Assembly (NCBI GenBank): GCA_035513155.1
Contig: DATKCO010000021.1
Span: 3,559 to 67,558 of the forward strand
Source of the DNA: Gemmatimonadota bacterium
Lineage (GTDB): Bacteria; Gemmatimonadota; Gemmatimonadetes; JACCXV01; JAHWKZ01
Direction of reading: 5' to 3'
DNA: 64,000 bases
This document shows positions 19,624 through 28,820 of this stretch, one piece after another. Position 1 is the first letter of the stretch; every line of letters starts with the position of its first letter. The translations under genes and the position numbers were made by a program. The notes under the pieces were generated by a model that worked only from the letters and a program-made list of their open reading frames with translations, did no database searches and had not been told where the DNA came from.

Positions 19624-20103
19624 TCACTCCAGCGCCCGCTGCACACGGACGCCCAGCTTGCCGTCCGAGACGTCGTCCACGTCGACCTCCATGTCGAACC
19701 CCTTGCGGCGGATCTGGGTCGAGGCCTGGACGCGCGCGTAGAGCGCGAGCCCGCGCTCGATCCACTGGTACATGGTGGCGTCGCCCCAGCGGGCGTCGAG
19801 ACGGGAGCGCAGGTCCTCCAGGACGTCGCCCTCCCGGTCGTTGGTCAGCCCCTGAACTCCGAAATCGCCGTCGAAATCCCGCTGGAATTCGTCATATCGG
19901 GAGAGGATCGATACCTGGACGGACGGGCGCAGCAGGCTGCCGGCGGTCGCGGCGCGAGCCTCGGCCCGGGTAGGCCCGGGTTCCGCCTCGGGTCTCCAGT
20001 CCAGCAGACTGACCGGATCTTCCTGGGAGAGCCCCGGCGCCGCAAGGGCGATGACCAGCGCGCCACCGAGGCACGCCGCACGGAGGGCCATCAAGCGCAT
20101 CAT
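19624..20103 (-). CDS. Secreted hypothetical protein, 159 aa
   Basis: It has a signal peptide MMRLMALRAACLGGALVIALAAPGLSQ, a terminator downstream, and GC3-rich codons. Confidence 0.55.
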   Translation of the reverse strand: MMRLMALRAACLGGALVIALAAPGLSQEDPVSLLDWRPEAEPGPTRAEARAATAGSLLRPSVQVSILSRYDEFQRDFDGDFGVQGLTNDREGDVLEDLRSRLDARWGDATMYQWIERGLALYARVQASTQIRRKGFDMEVDVDDVSDGKLGVRVQRALE

Positions 20104-20170
20104 TCTTCAGGATATCATACGCCCCCGGCGGATACAAGTTCCGCGCCAGTGGCCGGCCGCCGGGGAGACT

Positions 20171-21007
20171 CTACGGCGTCGGGTCGGAGGAAACCGCCCG
20201 GTAGAGATCGCCCGGCGCCAGGTCCGGGCCCTTCAGCTCGAACGTCACCGCCTCGGCGAGCGGTCCGTGGGAGCGGACGACCATCGCCTTGCCGAGGACC
20301 CGGTCCGGCAGCCGGATCCCGTCCCGGATGCGGCCCGGACGGAAGAGCTCCACCACCTGGCCCGCCGCGAGGGCTCCGGCGACCTCGGGCCGCAGGAAGA
20401 GCGTGTCGAAGGTCGGATGGATCGCCTTCTCCTCCTGGAACGCCACGACCCTCCCGCCGCCGGGGCCGGCCATCGCGGTCGCGCCGAACCCTCCCCCATT
20501 GAGACCGTCCACGACCCGCACGCGGTCTCCGACGAGGATCTCGTGGAAGGCGTCCGTGACCCGGACGCGGGCGACCTCGCCCTTGACGTCCTCCACCCGG
20601 GCGACGCCGGTGGGAACCAGCAGGTCCCCCAGCCACTCGCCGGTCTCGGGATCCTCGATCGGCCGGTCGAGCCGGAAGAGCTGGACCCGGTCTCCCGGCG
20701 CCAGCGCGCGTCCCTCCACCACACCCGGCACGTAGAGCAGATCGAACACGGTGAGGCTGTGCTCCGCGACGATCTCCCCATCAGCGGTGCCGAGCACGGT
20801 CGCGGCGTCGCGCCAGCTCGCGGGGTCGACGATCTCCGCCACCGAGAGGAGGAATTCCGGCTCCAGGAGAGCGGGCAGCGGAACTTCCGCCTGACCGCGC
20901 AGCGACTCGATTCCCGGCCCGGCCAGCGTGACCGCGAGGGCCAACGCCGCCCCGAGAGCCGGTCCCGGCATCATCCCTTTCCGTCCCTGCATGTCCGCCT
21001 CCTTCAT
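20171..21007 (-). CDS. Secreted hypothetical protein, 278 aa, beta-rich
   Basis: It has a signal peptide (MMPGPALGAALALAVTLAG). No recognisable family. Confidence 0.55.
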   Translation of the reverse strand: MKEADMQGRKGMMPGPALGAALALAVTLAGPGIESLRGQAEVPLPALLEPEFLLSVAEIVDPASWRDAATVLGTADGEIVAEHSLTVFDLLYVPGVVEGRALAPGDRVQLFRLDRPIEDPETGEWLGDLLVPTGVARVEDVKGEVARVRVTDAFHEILVGDRVRVVDGLNGGGFGATAMAGPGGGRVVAFQEEKAIHPTFDTLFLRPEVAGALAAGQVVELFRPGRIRDGIRLPDRVLGKAMVVRSHGPLAEAVTFELKGPDLAPGDLYRAVSSDPTP

Positions 21008-21014
21008 GATCCCC

Positions 21015-21464
21015 TCAGAAGGGGAGATCGTCGTCGTGGTCCGAATCCCGGAATTCGTAGTCCCCTTCGCCTCCGCCCGCGTCCTGGGACGACCGGTTCG
21101 CCGTGCCCGCGTAGCCGCCCGACCCCGACGGCGAGTCCAGCATGATCATCTGGTCGGCGATGACCTCCGTCATGTACCGCTTCTGGCCGCTGGAGGCGTC
21201 ATCCCACGATCGGGTCTCGATACGGCCCTCGATGTACACCTTGCTCCCCTTCTTCAGGTATTGCTGGCAGATCTCCGCCAGCCGCCGCCAGGCGACGATG
21301 TTGTGCCACTCGGTCCGCTCCTCGGTCTGACCGCCGTCCTTGCTCCACGAGCGACTGGTCGCCATGCGAAAGTTCACCACCGGGACCCCACTCGCGGTGT
21401 GCCTCAGCTCGGGATCGATCCCCAGGTTTCCGATCAGCATCACCTTGTTCAGGCTTCTGGCCAC
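21015..21464 (-). CDS. ssb: Single-stranded DNA-binding protein
   Basis: OB-fold N-terminus [38 protein letters not shown], a Gly-rich linker, and the acidic tip DDDLPF. Confidence 0.95.
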   Translation of the reverse strand: MARSLNKVMLIGNLGIDPELRHTASGVPVVNFRMATSRSWSKDGGQTEERTEWHNIVAWRRLAEICQQYLKKGSKVYIEGRIETRSWDDASSGQKRYMTEVIADQMIMLDSPSGSGGYAGTANRSSQDAGGGEGDYEFRDSDHDDDLPF

Positions 21465-21533
21465 ATTGCCTCCTGATTCATCGTTCCGGGTCCTGCCTCC
21501 GCGTCGACTATTCGTCGCCCCGGAAGCGCCGGC

Positions 21534-22754
21534 CTAGCGTCTGACCGGCGTTCGCTCGATCCATATCTTCCGCCACAGCGCCACCGCGGCGAAGCACACT
21601 ACAAGAAACGAGCCGCCCTTCGAGACGAACGGCAGGGGCAATCCGGTGATCGGCATCATGCCCACCGTCATCGCGGTATTGATCGCCACGTGGCTGGCGA
21701 TCAGGGCGACCAGTCCGAACGCCACCGTGCTGGCGAACGCGTCGGGATTCCGTTCGGCGATCTTGACCCCCTCCATGAGGAGCAGCCCGAAGAGGGTGAA
21801 CGCCACCAGCACGCCGATGAAGCCGAGCTCCTCGCCGAGAACCGAGAAGATGAAGTCGGTGTGCCGCTCGGGCAGGAAGGCGAGCCGCTTCTGGGTCCCC
21901 TCGAGGAACCCCTTGCCGAACCAGCCGCCGGAGCCGATCGCGACCTTCGACTGGATCACGTTCCAGCCCGCGCCGCGAGGATCGCTCTCCGGCTGCAGGA
22001 ACACGAGCAGTCGCTGTTTCTGATAGCCGGCGAGCTGGTTCCAGAGCGGCAGCGCGACGATTCCCATCAGCAGATTGGTCGCGCCGACGTAGACCCACGT
22101 GGAGCCAGGGGATCGCAGGACGAAGAGGAGCCCTCCGAGCGTGAGGACGTAGAGCGACCACAGCGGCAGCGAGAACGTGAGCAGAATGCTGACGATCGGC
22201 GACAGGAGGAGGAAGACGATCACCGGCGGGGTCCCCGCCCAGAAGCAGAGGGCCGCCAGGAGCAGCACGTACACGAGCGCGGTGCCGAGATCGGGCTGGG
22301 CCAGGGTGAGCAGGGCCGGCACGGCCACCAGCGTGGCCGGCACGACGAGATCGGCCAGGCCCCGCGGCGGGGTCTTGCGGCGCGCGGCCCACTGCGCCAC
22401 AACCAGGATGGTGGCGATCTTGGCGAACTCGGAGGGCTGGAAGCCCACCGAACCCAGGCGGATCCACGACCGCGCCCCGGCGATCGCGGGGAACGCCAGC
22501 ACGAGGACCAGCAACACCAGGGCGATCACGTAGGAGGGGCGGGCGATCTTCTCGATCAGGCGGAGCGGGACGAGGCCGATCAGGCCGTAGACGACCAGCG
22601 CGACGAACAGCCAGATGAGCTGGAACTGCCAGTACTGCGCGTTGTCCCCGGTGGCCGTCTGCCCGGCGCTGTACAGGAGCGCGATGCCACCCAGCGCCAG
22701 CGTGCCGGCCAGCGCCAGGAGGTACCAGTTCTGTTCGGTGGAGACGCGCCGCAA
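21534..22754 (-). CDS. rodA: Rod shape-determining protein RodA of the SEDS family
   Basis: The start is inferred at TTG, 2 nt after the mrdA stop. Ten TM helices are present, with the RodA/FtsW motifs (SEFAKI, GSGGWFGKG, PERHTDFIFS). Confidence 0.88.
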   Translation of the reverse strand: MRRVSTEQNWYLLALAGTLALGGIALLYSAGQTATGDNAQYWQFQLIWLFVALVVYGLIGLVPLRLIEKIARPSYVIALVLLVLVLAFPAIAGARSWIRLGSVGFQPSEFAKIATILVVAQWAARRKTPPRGLADLVVPATLVAVPALLTLAQPDLGTALVYVLLLAALCFWAGTPPVIVFLLLSPIVSILLTFSLPLWSLYVLTLGGLLFVLRSPGSTWVYVGATNLLMGIVALPLWNQLAGYQKQRLLVFLQPESDPRGAGWNVIQSKVAIGSGGWFGKGFLEGTQKRLAFLPERHTDFIFSVLGEELGFIGVLVAFTLFGLLLMEGVKIAERNPDAFASTVAFGLVALIASHVAINTAMTVGMMPITGLPLPFVSKGGSFLVVCFAAVALWRKIWIERTPVRR

Positions 22755-22756
22755 CT

Positions 22757-24610
22757 TCAGTCCGTGGAGGGCGTGGACTCGCTGAGTGCGATGGGCGGCG
22801 GGGGCGGCGACTCGCGCGGCGTGATGCCGTTGCGGCCGTCGAGATACGTCTGGATCAGGTCGATCGCGATCGGGCTCTGCGCGGAGCCACTGCGGCCCTC
22901 CTCGACCACGATCGCCACGACGATCTGCGGATCTTCCATCGGCCCGACGGCGACGAACCAGCCGTGCGGCTCGCCGGCGTCGTGCTCGGTGGTGCCGGAC
23001 TTCCCGCCGATCGTGTACCGCATCGGCACGTAGTGGGCCCGCTGGAAGGCGGTCCCGCGCCAGTCGTTGACGACCCCGGTGAGCGAGGCCAGGAGGATCG
23101 CGAACTGGTCGCGCGCGAGCGGCATCGTGGCCTCGAGCACAGGCGGCTCGTCGGTCTGCCGGAGCCGCGGCCGCAGGAGCTCGCCGCCGTTGACGACCGC
23201 GGCCACGAACTGAGCCATCTTGAGCGGGGTCACCGCGATCTCGCCCTGGCCGATCGAGAGGTTGAGCACGACGCCGGATCCCCACCGTCCCTCGCCGTAC
23301 CGCTCGTCGTACCACCCGGTCGAGGTGGGGTACAACCCCGCCACCTCGTTCGGCAGGTCGATCCCCGTCTTCTGGTCGAACTGCCACGCGCGTCCGAAGC
23401 GCGTGATCTCCTCCAGACCGAGCCTCAGGCCGAGCTGATAGAAGTACGTATCGCACGAGGTGATGATCGCGTCCTGCAGGGCGGCCCACCCGTGGACCGC
23501 GTGGCAGCCGAACCACCGGCTGCCGAACTGGTAGCCGCCGCGGCAGGGCACGTCTTCGTACTCCTCGGGGTCGACGACGCCCAGCATCATCGCCATCGCC
23601 GCCGTGGCCAGCTTGAAGACCGAGCCGGGGGCGTACCGCGCCTGGACCGAACGGTTGAGCAGCGGCATGGCCGGGTCGTCCACGAGCCCGCGCCAATCGG
23701 CGCTCGACAGGCGCCCGCTGAACACGTTCGGATCGTAGGAGGGGCTGGAGAACAGCAGGAGCACGTCGCCGGTCCGGGGGTCGAGCGCGACCACCGCGCC
23801 GCGCCGGTCCGCGGGGAAGAGGTCCGCCGCGCGCCGCTGGAGGTCGAGATCGATCGTCAGGTGCAGGTCGCGGCCGCGCTCCGGTGCCTGGAAGGGCCGA
23901 TCCGACCACGGGCCGATGCGGCGGCCGAGCGCGTCGACCTCGACGAACTCCGCTCCCTTGCTGCCGCGGAGCTCCCCTTCGTACATGCTCTCCAGCCCGG
24001 TCTTGCCGAGGATGTCGCCGGCCGCGTATCCCCCGCCCCCGCGCTCCTCCAGCTCCTGCGCGCTGATCTGCGCCACGTAGCCGGTGAGATGGGCGGTGGC
24101 GCGGCCGTGCGGATAGACCCGCCGGGGCTTGGGCTGCAGCAGGAGCCCGGGGATCTCGCTGCGCGTCTCCTCGAGCAGCGAGAGCGTGCGATAGTCCAGG
24201 TCGTCGTCGAGCAGGATCGGCTGTCCGGGGGCGAGCGCGTACTGGCGCTCCAGCTCCGCGATCGTGGCCTCGTCGAGACCGAGGATCGGCCGGAGGCGAG
24301 CCATGTCGCGAGGCAGGTCGCCATCGGAGGAGGGGAGCAGGCTGGCCGAGTACGCGGGCAGATTCTCGGCGATGATCTCGCCGTCCCGATCGTACATGAA
24401 GCCTCGGGGAGCGGCGAGCGGGATGCTGCGGACCTGGTTGCTCGTCGAACGCGCGACGTGCGCGGCGTGGTGGACGACCTGCAGGCGGAAGAACCCCGCG
24501 ACCAGGACGGCAAGCCCGGCCACGATCGTCACACGCGCCAGCTGGGCGCGACGGTTTCGACTGGGGGGATCGAACGGGGACAGTGCGCGTCGATCGAAAG
24601 AAGGCGTCAT
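22757..24610 (-). CDS. mrdA: Penicillin-binding protein 2, the elongasome transpeptidase
   Basis: It has an N-terminal TM, the SxxK motif (GSVFKL), SxN and KSGT (GGKSGTTE). Confidence 0.93.
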   Translation of the reverse strand: MTPSFDRRALSPFDPPSRNRRAQLARVTIVAGLAVLVAGFFRLQVVHHAAHVARSTSNQVRSIPLAAPRGFMYDRDGEIIAENLPAYSASLLPSSDGDLPRDMARLRPILGLDEATIAELERQYALAPGQPILLDDDLDYRTLSLLEETRSEIPGLLLQPKPRRVYPHGRATAHLTGYVAQISAQELEERGGGGYAAGDILGKTGLESMYEGELRGSKGAEFVEVDALGRRIGPWSDRPFQAPERGRDLHLTIDLDLQRRAADLFPADRRGAVVALDPRTGDVLLLFSSPSYDPNVFSGRLSSADWRGLVDDPAMPLLNRSVQARYAPGSVFKLATAAMAMMLGVVDPEEYEDVPCRGGYQFGSRWFGCHAVHGWAALQDAIITSCDTYFYQLGLRLGLEEITRFGRAWQFDQKTGIDLPNEVAGLYPTSTGWYDERYGEGRWGSGVVLNLSIGQGEIAVTPLKMAQFVAAVVNGGELLRPRLRQTDEPPVLEATMPLARDQFAILLASLTGVVNDWRGTAFQRAHYVPMRYTIGGKSGTTEHDAGEPHGWFVAVGPMEDPQIVVAIVVEEGRSGSAQSPIAIDLIQTYLDGRNGITPRESPPPPPIALSESTPSTD

Positions 24611-24695
24611 TCGCCTGGACGACCCTCGAGAGCTTGGCGAGTCACTGTAAGGGGGATGACCAAGGTATCCATCGGCGTCGCGGTCTGCAAGCCGG

Positions 24696-25160
24696 TCAAC
24701 GCCGCCCCATGCCCCGGGTCAGCAGGGCGCCCGCCAGGGTCGTATAGAGGGCGCTTCCGGGCGACTCCCAGAAGAAGCGCATCTCGAAGGCCTTCCAGGC
24801 GCCTCCCGCCACCACTCCGAGCACCAGCACATCGAGGATCATCTTGCTGACGGCCAGGAGCAGGAGGTCCACGGCCGGAGAGTCGAGGTACAGGCTCTCC
24901 CTCAGCTTCCCCACGATGTATCCAATGACGGTCAGACCCAGCGCGTGCACGCCGAAATGGGTCAGCAGGAGGGTGTCCCGGAAGAGGCCGGCGACGAAGC
25001 CGAGCGACGCCCCACCCAGGGCCCCGAGGCGGATCGCGCCGTAGACCACGAGCACGAGCACGAAGTCGGGGGCCGAGCCGCCGATCTCCAGCGCACCCTC
25101 GAGGAAAAGCGCCCCGGCTCCGCACACGATCGCGAACAGGAGAAAGTGGCCGCGCGACAT
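24696..25160 (-). CDS. mreD: Rod shape-determining protein MreD
   Basis: A 154-aa polytopic membrane protein starting MSRGHFLLFAIVCGAG (ATG confirmed at 25158..25160), immediately downstream of mreC. Confidence 0.8.
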   Translation of the reverse strand: MSRGHFLLFAIVCGAGALFLEGALEIGGSAPDFVLVLVVYGAIRLGALGGASLGFVAGLFRDTLLLTHFGVHALGLTVIGYIVGKLRESLYLDSPAVDLLLLAVSKMILDVLVLGVVAGGAWKAFEMRFFWESPGSALYTTLAGALLTRGMGRR

Positions 25161-25204
25161 GTGGGCCGCCGAAGGGACTCCACGTCCGGCGATCGACGCC
25201 CGGG

Positions 25205-26140
25205 TCACGCGCCGGCCGCCGAGTCCCCGGGGGATGTGGTGTCGGCCCCGCCCGTGGCGTCCCGAGCGCCCTGCCCGAACGACTCGCCGGCCATCGGCGG
25301 ATACGCGAAGCCGGGCCAGAACAGCCGGGGAACGTCGCCCACCGACTCGCCCGGTCCCACGCCCCGCCGCAGGACGAAGGCGGCGCTCACCGAGCCAAGG
25401 TCCACGATCGGCCGCACGACATCGATCTTCTGCAGGCCCAGGCGCTGGTCCTCCCGGCTCCGCTCCACCATGCCGACCGGGATACCGCGCGGGAAGGTCC
25501 CGCCGTATCCCGAGGTGACGATGCGGTCCCCCGCCTGAGAGCGCGACCTCAGCGGCAGATAGAGCTCGACCTCCCCGTTGGGCGCGGCGCGGACGACCCC
25601 GTACTCGAGGTGATCCCCGCCGACCAGCATCGCGCTGGCGCTGAACTCGGGATGCGAGAACAGCATGACCTCGCTCGCCGACCGGCCCACGTCCACGGTC
25701 TTGCCCACCAGCCCGTCGATCGTCACGACCGGCTGGTCGACTCTGACCCCGTCCTCCCATCCCGTGTCGATGACGTAGGTCGTGGGCAGGGTGCCGAAGT
25801 CGCGATCGATGACCCGCGTGGGCAGGAGGTCGACGGGCTGGTCCTCGCGGAACTCCAGCATGCGGGAAAGATCACGGATCTGGGTCCTCAGGCCACGGGT
25901 CGCGCCGAGCTCCAGGCGCGCCGCCTGGAGGTCCCGCCGCAGCCGCGCGTTCTCCTCGCGCAATCCCATGTAGCCTCCCATCACGTCCCGGGCGCCGGCC
26001 AGCGGCAGGAGCACGACGTGATTGGCCCCGCGGGCGATCGAGTCCTGGCGGCCCTCCGGCAGCGCGAGCAGCACGAGCGAGGTGACGACCAGCACGATCG
26101 TCACTCCCTCGGCCCTCCACGGGGATCGAAACAGCGGCAT
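25205..26140 (-). CDS. mreC: Rod shape-determining protein MreC
   Basis: N-terminal TM, a coiled coil (ENARLRRDLQAARLEL) and the two beta-domains (VIDTGWEDGV, GLVGKTVDV, IVTSGYGGTFPRGIPVG). Confidence 0.9.
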   Translation of the reverse strand: MPLFRSPWRAEGVTIVLVVTSLVLLALPEGRQDSIARGANHVVLLPLAGARDVMGGYMGLREENARLRRDLQAARLELGATRGLRTQIRDLSRMLEFREDQPVDLLPTRVIDRDFGTLPTTYVIDTGWEDGVRVDQPVVTIDGLVGKTVDVGRSASEVMLFSHPEFSASAMLVGGDHLEYGVVRAAPNGEVELYLPLRSRSQAGDRIVTSGYGGTFPRGIPVGMVERSREDQRLGLQKIDVVRPIVDLGSVSAAFVLRRGVGPGESVGDVPRLFWPGFAYPPMAGESFGQGARDATGGADTTSPGDSAAGA

Positions 26141-26170
26141 CTCTCCCCCTCTCGCTACTCAGCGGCCTTG

Positions 26171-27220
26171 TCAGTGACGGGACAACGTCAGCACGCCGCG
26201 GTACTTGTCCGGGTCGTCCAGGATCCTCCCCGTCCCCCGCACCACGCACGTCAGCGGCTCCTCGTCCACGTTGATGGGAAGGCTGGTGTTCTCCCGCAGC
26301 AGGGAGTCGAGCCCCTTCAGCAGCGCCCCGCCACCGGTCATCACGATCCCGCGGTCCACGATGTCGCTGGCGAGCTCCGGCGGGGTGCGCTCCAGCGCCT
26401 GCCGGACGGCGTCAACCACCGCGGCGATCGGCTCCTGGATCGCCTCCCGCACCTCGGCGGAGCCGACCGTCACGGTCTTGGGGATCCCGGAGACGATGTC
26501 CCGACCCTTGACCTCCATGACCTGCTCGCCCCGGTCCGAGGGATAGGCGGACCCGATCGTCATCTTCACCAGTTCCGCGGTCGGCTCGCCGATCAGGATG
26601 TTGTAGGTCTTGCGCAGGAATTGGAGGATCGCCTCGTCGAACTCGTCACCGCCCACCCGGATCGAGGTATCGCTCACGATGCCGGAAAGGGCGATGACAG
26701 CGATCTCCGTGGTGCCGCCGCCGATGTCGATCACCATGTTCCCGGTCGGCGTCTCGACCGGCAGGCCGACCCCGATCGCGGCGGCCATCGGCTCGGCGAC
26801 CAGGTACACTTCCTTCGCGCCGGCCGACTCCGCGCTGTCCCGCACGGCGCGCTTCTCGACCTCCGTGATCCCGCTGGGGACCGAGATCAGGACCTTCGGG
26901 CGCACCGGCATGAACCGATTCTTCAGTACTCGCTCGAGGAAGTCCCGCAGCATCTTCTCGGTGACCTCGAAGTCCGCGATCACCCCGTCCTTGAGCGGCC
27001 GCACCGCCACGATCCCACCCGGGGTCCGGCCCAGCATCTTCTTGGCCTCGAGCCCGACGGCGAGGATCTCGCGCGTGCCCGCGTCGAGCGCCACGACCGA
27101 GGGCTCGTTCAGGACGATGCCGCGGCCCTTCACGTAGATGAGCGTGTTGGCGGTCCCGAGATCGACGGCGATCTCGCTCGAGAGGAAGGGGCCGGCGCTG
27201 GATCGGAGGAAGCTCAGCAC
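26171..27220 (-). CDS. mreB: Rod shape-determining protein MreB, actin-like
   Basis: Motifs: IAVDLGTANTLIYVKGRGIVLNEPSVVA, DIGGGTTEIAV. The start is taken at GTG (VLSFLRSS...) just downstream of the dut stop; the track Met at 27247 is the alternative. Confidence 0.93.
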   Translation of the reverse strand: MLSFLRSSAGPFLSSEIAVDLGTANTLIYVKGRGIVLNEPSVVALDAGTREILAVGLEAKKMLGRTPGGIVAVRPLKDGVIADFEVTEKMLRDFLERVLKNRFMPVRPKVLISVPSGITEVEKRAVRDSAESAGAKEVYLVAEPMAAAIGVGLPVETPTGNMVIDIGGGTTEIAVIALSGIVSDTSIRVGGDEFDEAILQFLRKTYNILIGEPTAELVKMTIGSAYPSDRGEQVMEVKGRDIVSGIPKTVTVGSAEVREAIQEPIAAVVDAVRQALERTPPELASDIVDRGIVMTGGGALLKGLDSLLRENTSLPINVDEEPLTCVVRGTGRILDDPDKYRGVLTLSRH

Positions 27221-27221
27221 C

Positions 27222-27677
27222 CTACCTCCCCGTCGATCCGAACCCACCCGCCCCGCGGGCGGTGGCCGGCAGCGTGTCGACCTCGACGAGCCGCAGCCGC
27301 GACACCGGCGCCACGACGAGCTGGGCGATGCGGTCGCCGGGCTCGATCCCGACCGGCTCCACCCCGAGGTTGATCAGCAGCACCTTCACCTCTCCGCGGT
27401 AGTCCGCGTCGATCGTTCCCGGCGCGTTCAGGACGGTCACGCCACTGCGCGCGGCCAGGCCGGAGCGGGGCCGAATCTGGCCCTCGCAGCTCGACGGAAG
27501 CGCGATCGCGAAGCCCGTGCCCACGAGCTTGCGCTCCCCCGGCTCGATCCGATGCGCGTTCGCCGCGCAAAGGTCGAGGCCGGCGGACCCGCGGGTCGCG
27601 TAGGCAGGCAGATCGAGGTCGTGCTCCCCCACCCGCAGGAACCGGAGGTCGGCCAGATCGGCGTCGGGTGAGACCAT
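27222..27677 (-). CDS. dut: dUTP diphosphatase
   Basis: 151 aa starting [16 protein letters not shown] (ATG confirmed at 27675..27677). Motifs GSAGLDL, RSGLA and DADYRGEV are present. Confidence 0.92.
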   Translation of the reverse strand: MVSPDADLADLRFLRVGEHDLDLPAYATRGSAGLDLCAANAHRIEPGERKLVGTGFAIALPSSCEGQIRPRSGLAARSGVTVLNAPGTIDADYRGEVKVLLINLGVEPVGIEPGDRIAQLVVAPVSRLRLVEVDTLPATARGAGGFGSTGR

Positions 27678-27679
27678 GC

Positions 27680-28792
27680 CTAGAGAACCCCCGCCACGTC
27701 CTCGAGTGGCAGGTCGAACGCCTCCGCCACACCGGGATACGTGACCTTTCCGCGGACGATGTTGAGACCCTTCGCCAGGCCCGGCCTCTGCCGACACGCG
27801 GCCTGCCAGCCCTTCGACGCGATGTTCCGCGCGTAGGGGAGCGTCGCGCTGGTGAGCGCGATGGTCGACGTTCGCGGCACCGCGCCGGGCATGTTCGCGA
27901 CGCAGTAATGGACGACACCATCGACCACGAAGACGGGGTCTTCGTGGGTGGTGGGCCGGCAGGTCTCGATGCACCCGCCCTGGTCGACCGCCACGTCCAC
28001 GATCACCGCTCCTTCCTTCATCCGCTTCAGGTCCTCGCGCGTGACCAGGTTGGGGGCCTTCGCGCCAGGCAGTAGGACAGCCCCGATCAGGAGGTCGGCG
28101 CGAGCGATCATCTCTCGCACCGTGTGCGGATCGCTGAACAGGCAGTCCACGTTCGCCGGCATGACGTCGTCCAGGTAGCGCAGCCGGGGCAACGACACGT
28201 CGAGGATCGTCACCCGCGCGCCGAGTCCGGCGGCCATCTTGGCGGCGTTGATCCCCACCACGCCGCCCCCCAGGATTACGACCTCGCCGGGCGGGGTTCC
28301 GGGGACCCCACCCAACAGGATCCCCCGACCGCCCATCAGCTTCTCGAGATACTTGGCTCCCTCCTGGACGGCCATCCGGCCCGCCACCTCGCTCATCGGC
28401 ACCAGCAGGGGCAGCGTGCCGTCGGCCTCCTCCACGGTCTCGTAGGCGATCGCGATCGCCTTCGAGTCGATCATCCCCTGGGTGAGCTCCCGGCTGGCCG
28501 CGAAGTGAAAGTACGTGAAGACGATCTGATCCTCGCGGATGCGAGCCACCTCGGCGGGCAGCGGCTCCTTGACCTTGAGGATCATGTCACACTCGGCGAA
28601 GATCGGCTCGGGGCCGTCCACCAGTCCGGCGCCTGCGTCCGCGTAGGCCGGGTCCGGATATCCGGACCCGTCGCCAGCCGCGCCTTCGATCCACACCTCA
28701 TGCCCGTCCCCGACCAGGATCTCGACGCCGGCGGGCCGCAGCGCGACCCGGTTCTCGTTGGTCTTGATCTCCCGCGGCACACCGATTCTCAT
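27680..28792 (-). CDS. ald: Alanine dehydrogenase
   Basis: The start [23 protein letters not shown] is the canonical Ald N-terminus; the Ala/Gly-rich track prefix is an artefact from a GTG. The NAD-binding [10 protein letters not shown] is present. Confidence 0.92.
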   Translation of the reverse strand: MRIGVPREIKTNENRVALRPAGVEILVGDGHEVWIEGAAGDGSGYPDPAYADAGAGLVDGPEPIFAECDMILKVKEPLPAEVARIREDQIVFTYFHFAASRELTQGMIDSKAIAIAYETVEEADGTLPLLVPMSEVAGRMAVQEGAKYLEKLMGGRGILLGGVPGTPPGEVVILGGGVVGINAAKMAAGLGARVTILDVSLPRLRYLDDVMPANVDCLFSDPHTVREMIARADLLIGAVLLPGAKAPNLVTREDLKRMKEGAVIVDVAVDQGGCIETCRPTTHEDPVFVVDGVVHYCVANMPGAVPRTSTIALTSATLPYARNIASKGWQAACRQRPGLAKGLNIVRGKVTYPGVAEAFDLPLEDVAGVL

Positions 28793-28820
28793 GCTGTCCT
28801 CCGTCGAGGAAGAGGATCGA

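Noticed and set aside
25610-27373. Long plus-strand ORFs across the window (for example 25610..27373, 34228..36756, 35669..38056, 42375..43976, 44572..45762, 54488..56386, 56587..59265).
   Set aside because: Each lies antisense to a well-recognised minus-strand gene (mreB/mreC, infB, nusA, the CPA antiporter, uvrB, relA). All have the Arg/Leu/Pro/Gly-rich composition typical of spurious ORFs in roughly 70% GC DNA.
27214-27921. A 235-aa minus ORF overlapping dut and the 3' end of ald.
   Set aside because: It is an alternative frame of the dut/ald region with an Arg/Pro-rich product. dut (27222..27677) and ald (27680..28792) fully explain the locus.
28735-28750. An apparent 2-nt discrepancy (cg versus cgcg) between my codon-by-codon reading of the printed sequence and the ald protein in the ORF track. 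A similar 1-nt discrepancy appears near 43918..43925 in the HNH gene.
   Set aside because: The most likely cause is my own transcription or counting error in GC-rich dinucleotide runs. The track shows uninterrupted ORFs and the flanking motifs are intact. So I did not call a frameshift or pseudogene. Coordinates in these genes follow the ORF-track arithmetic.
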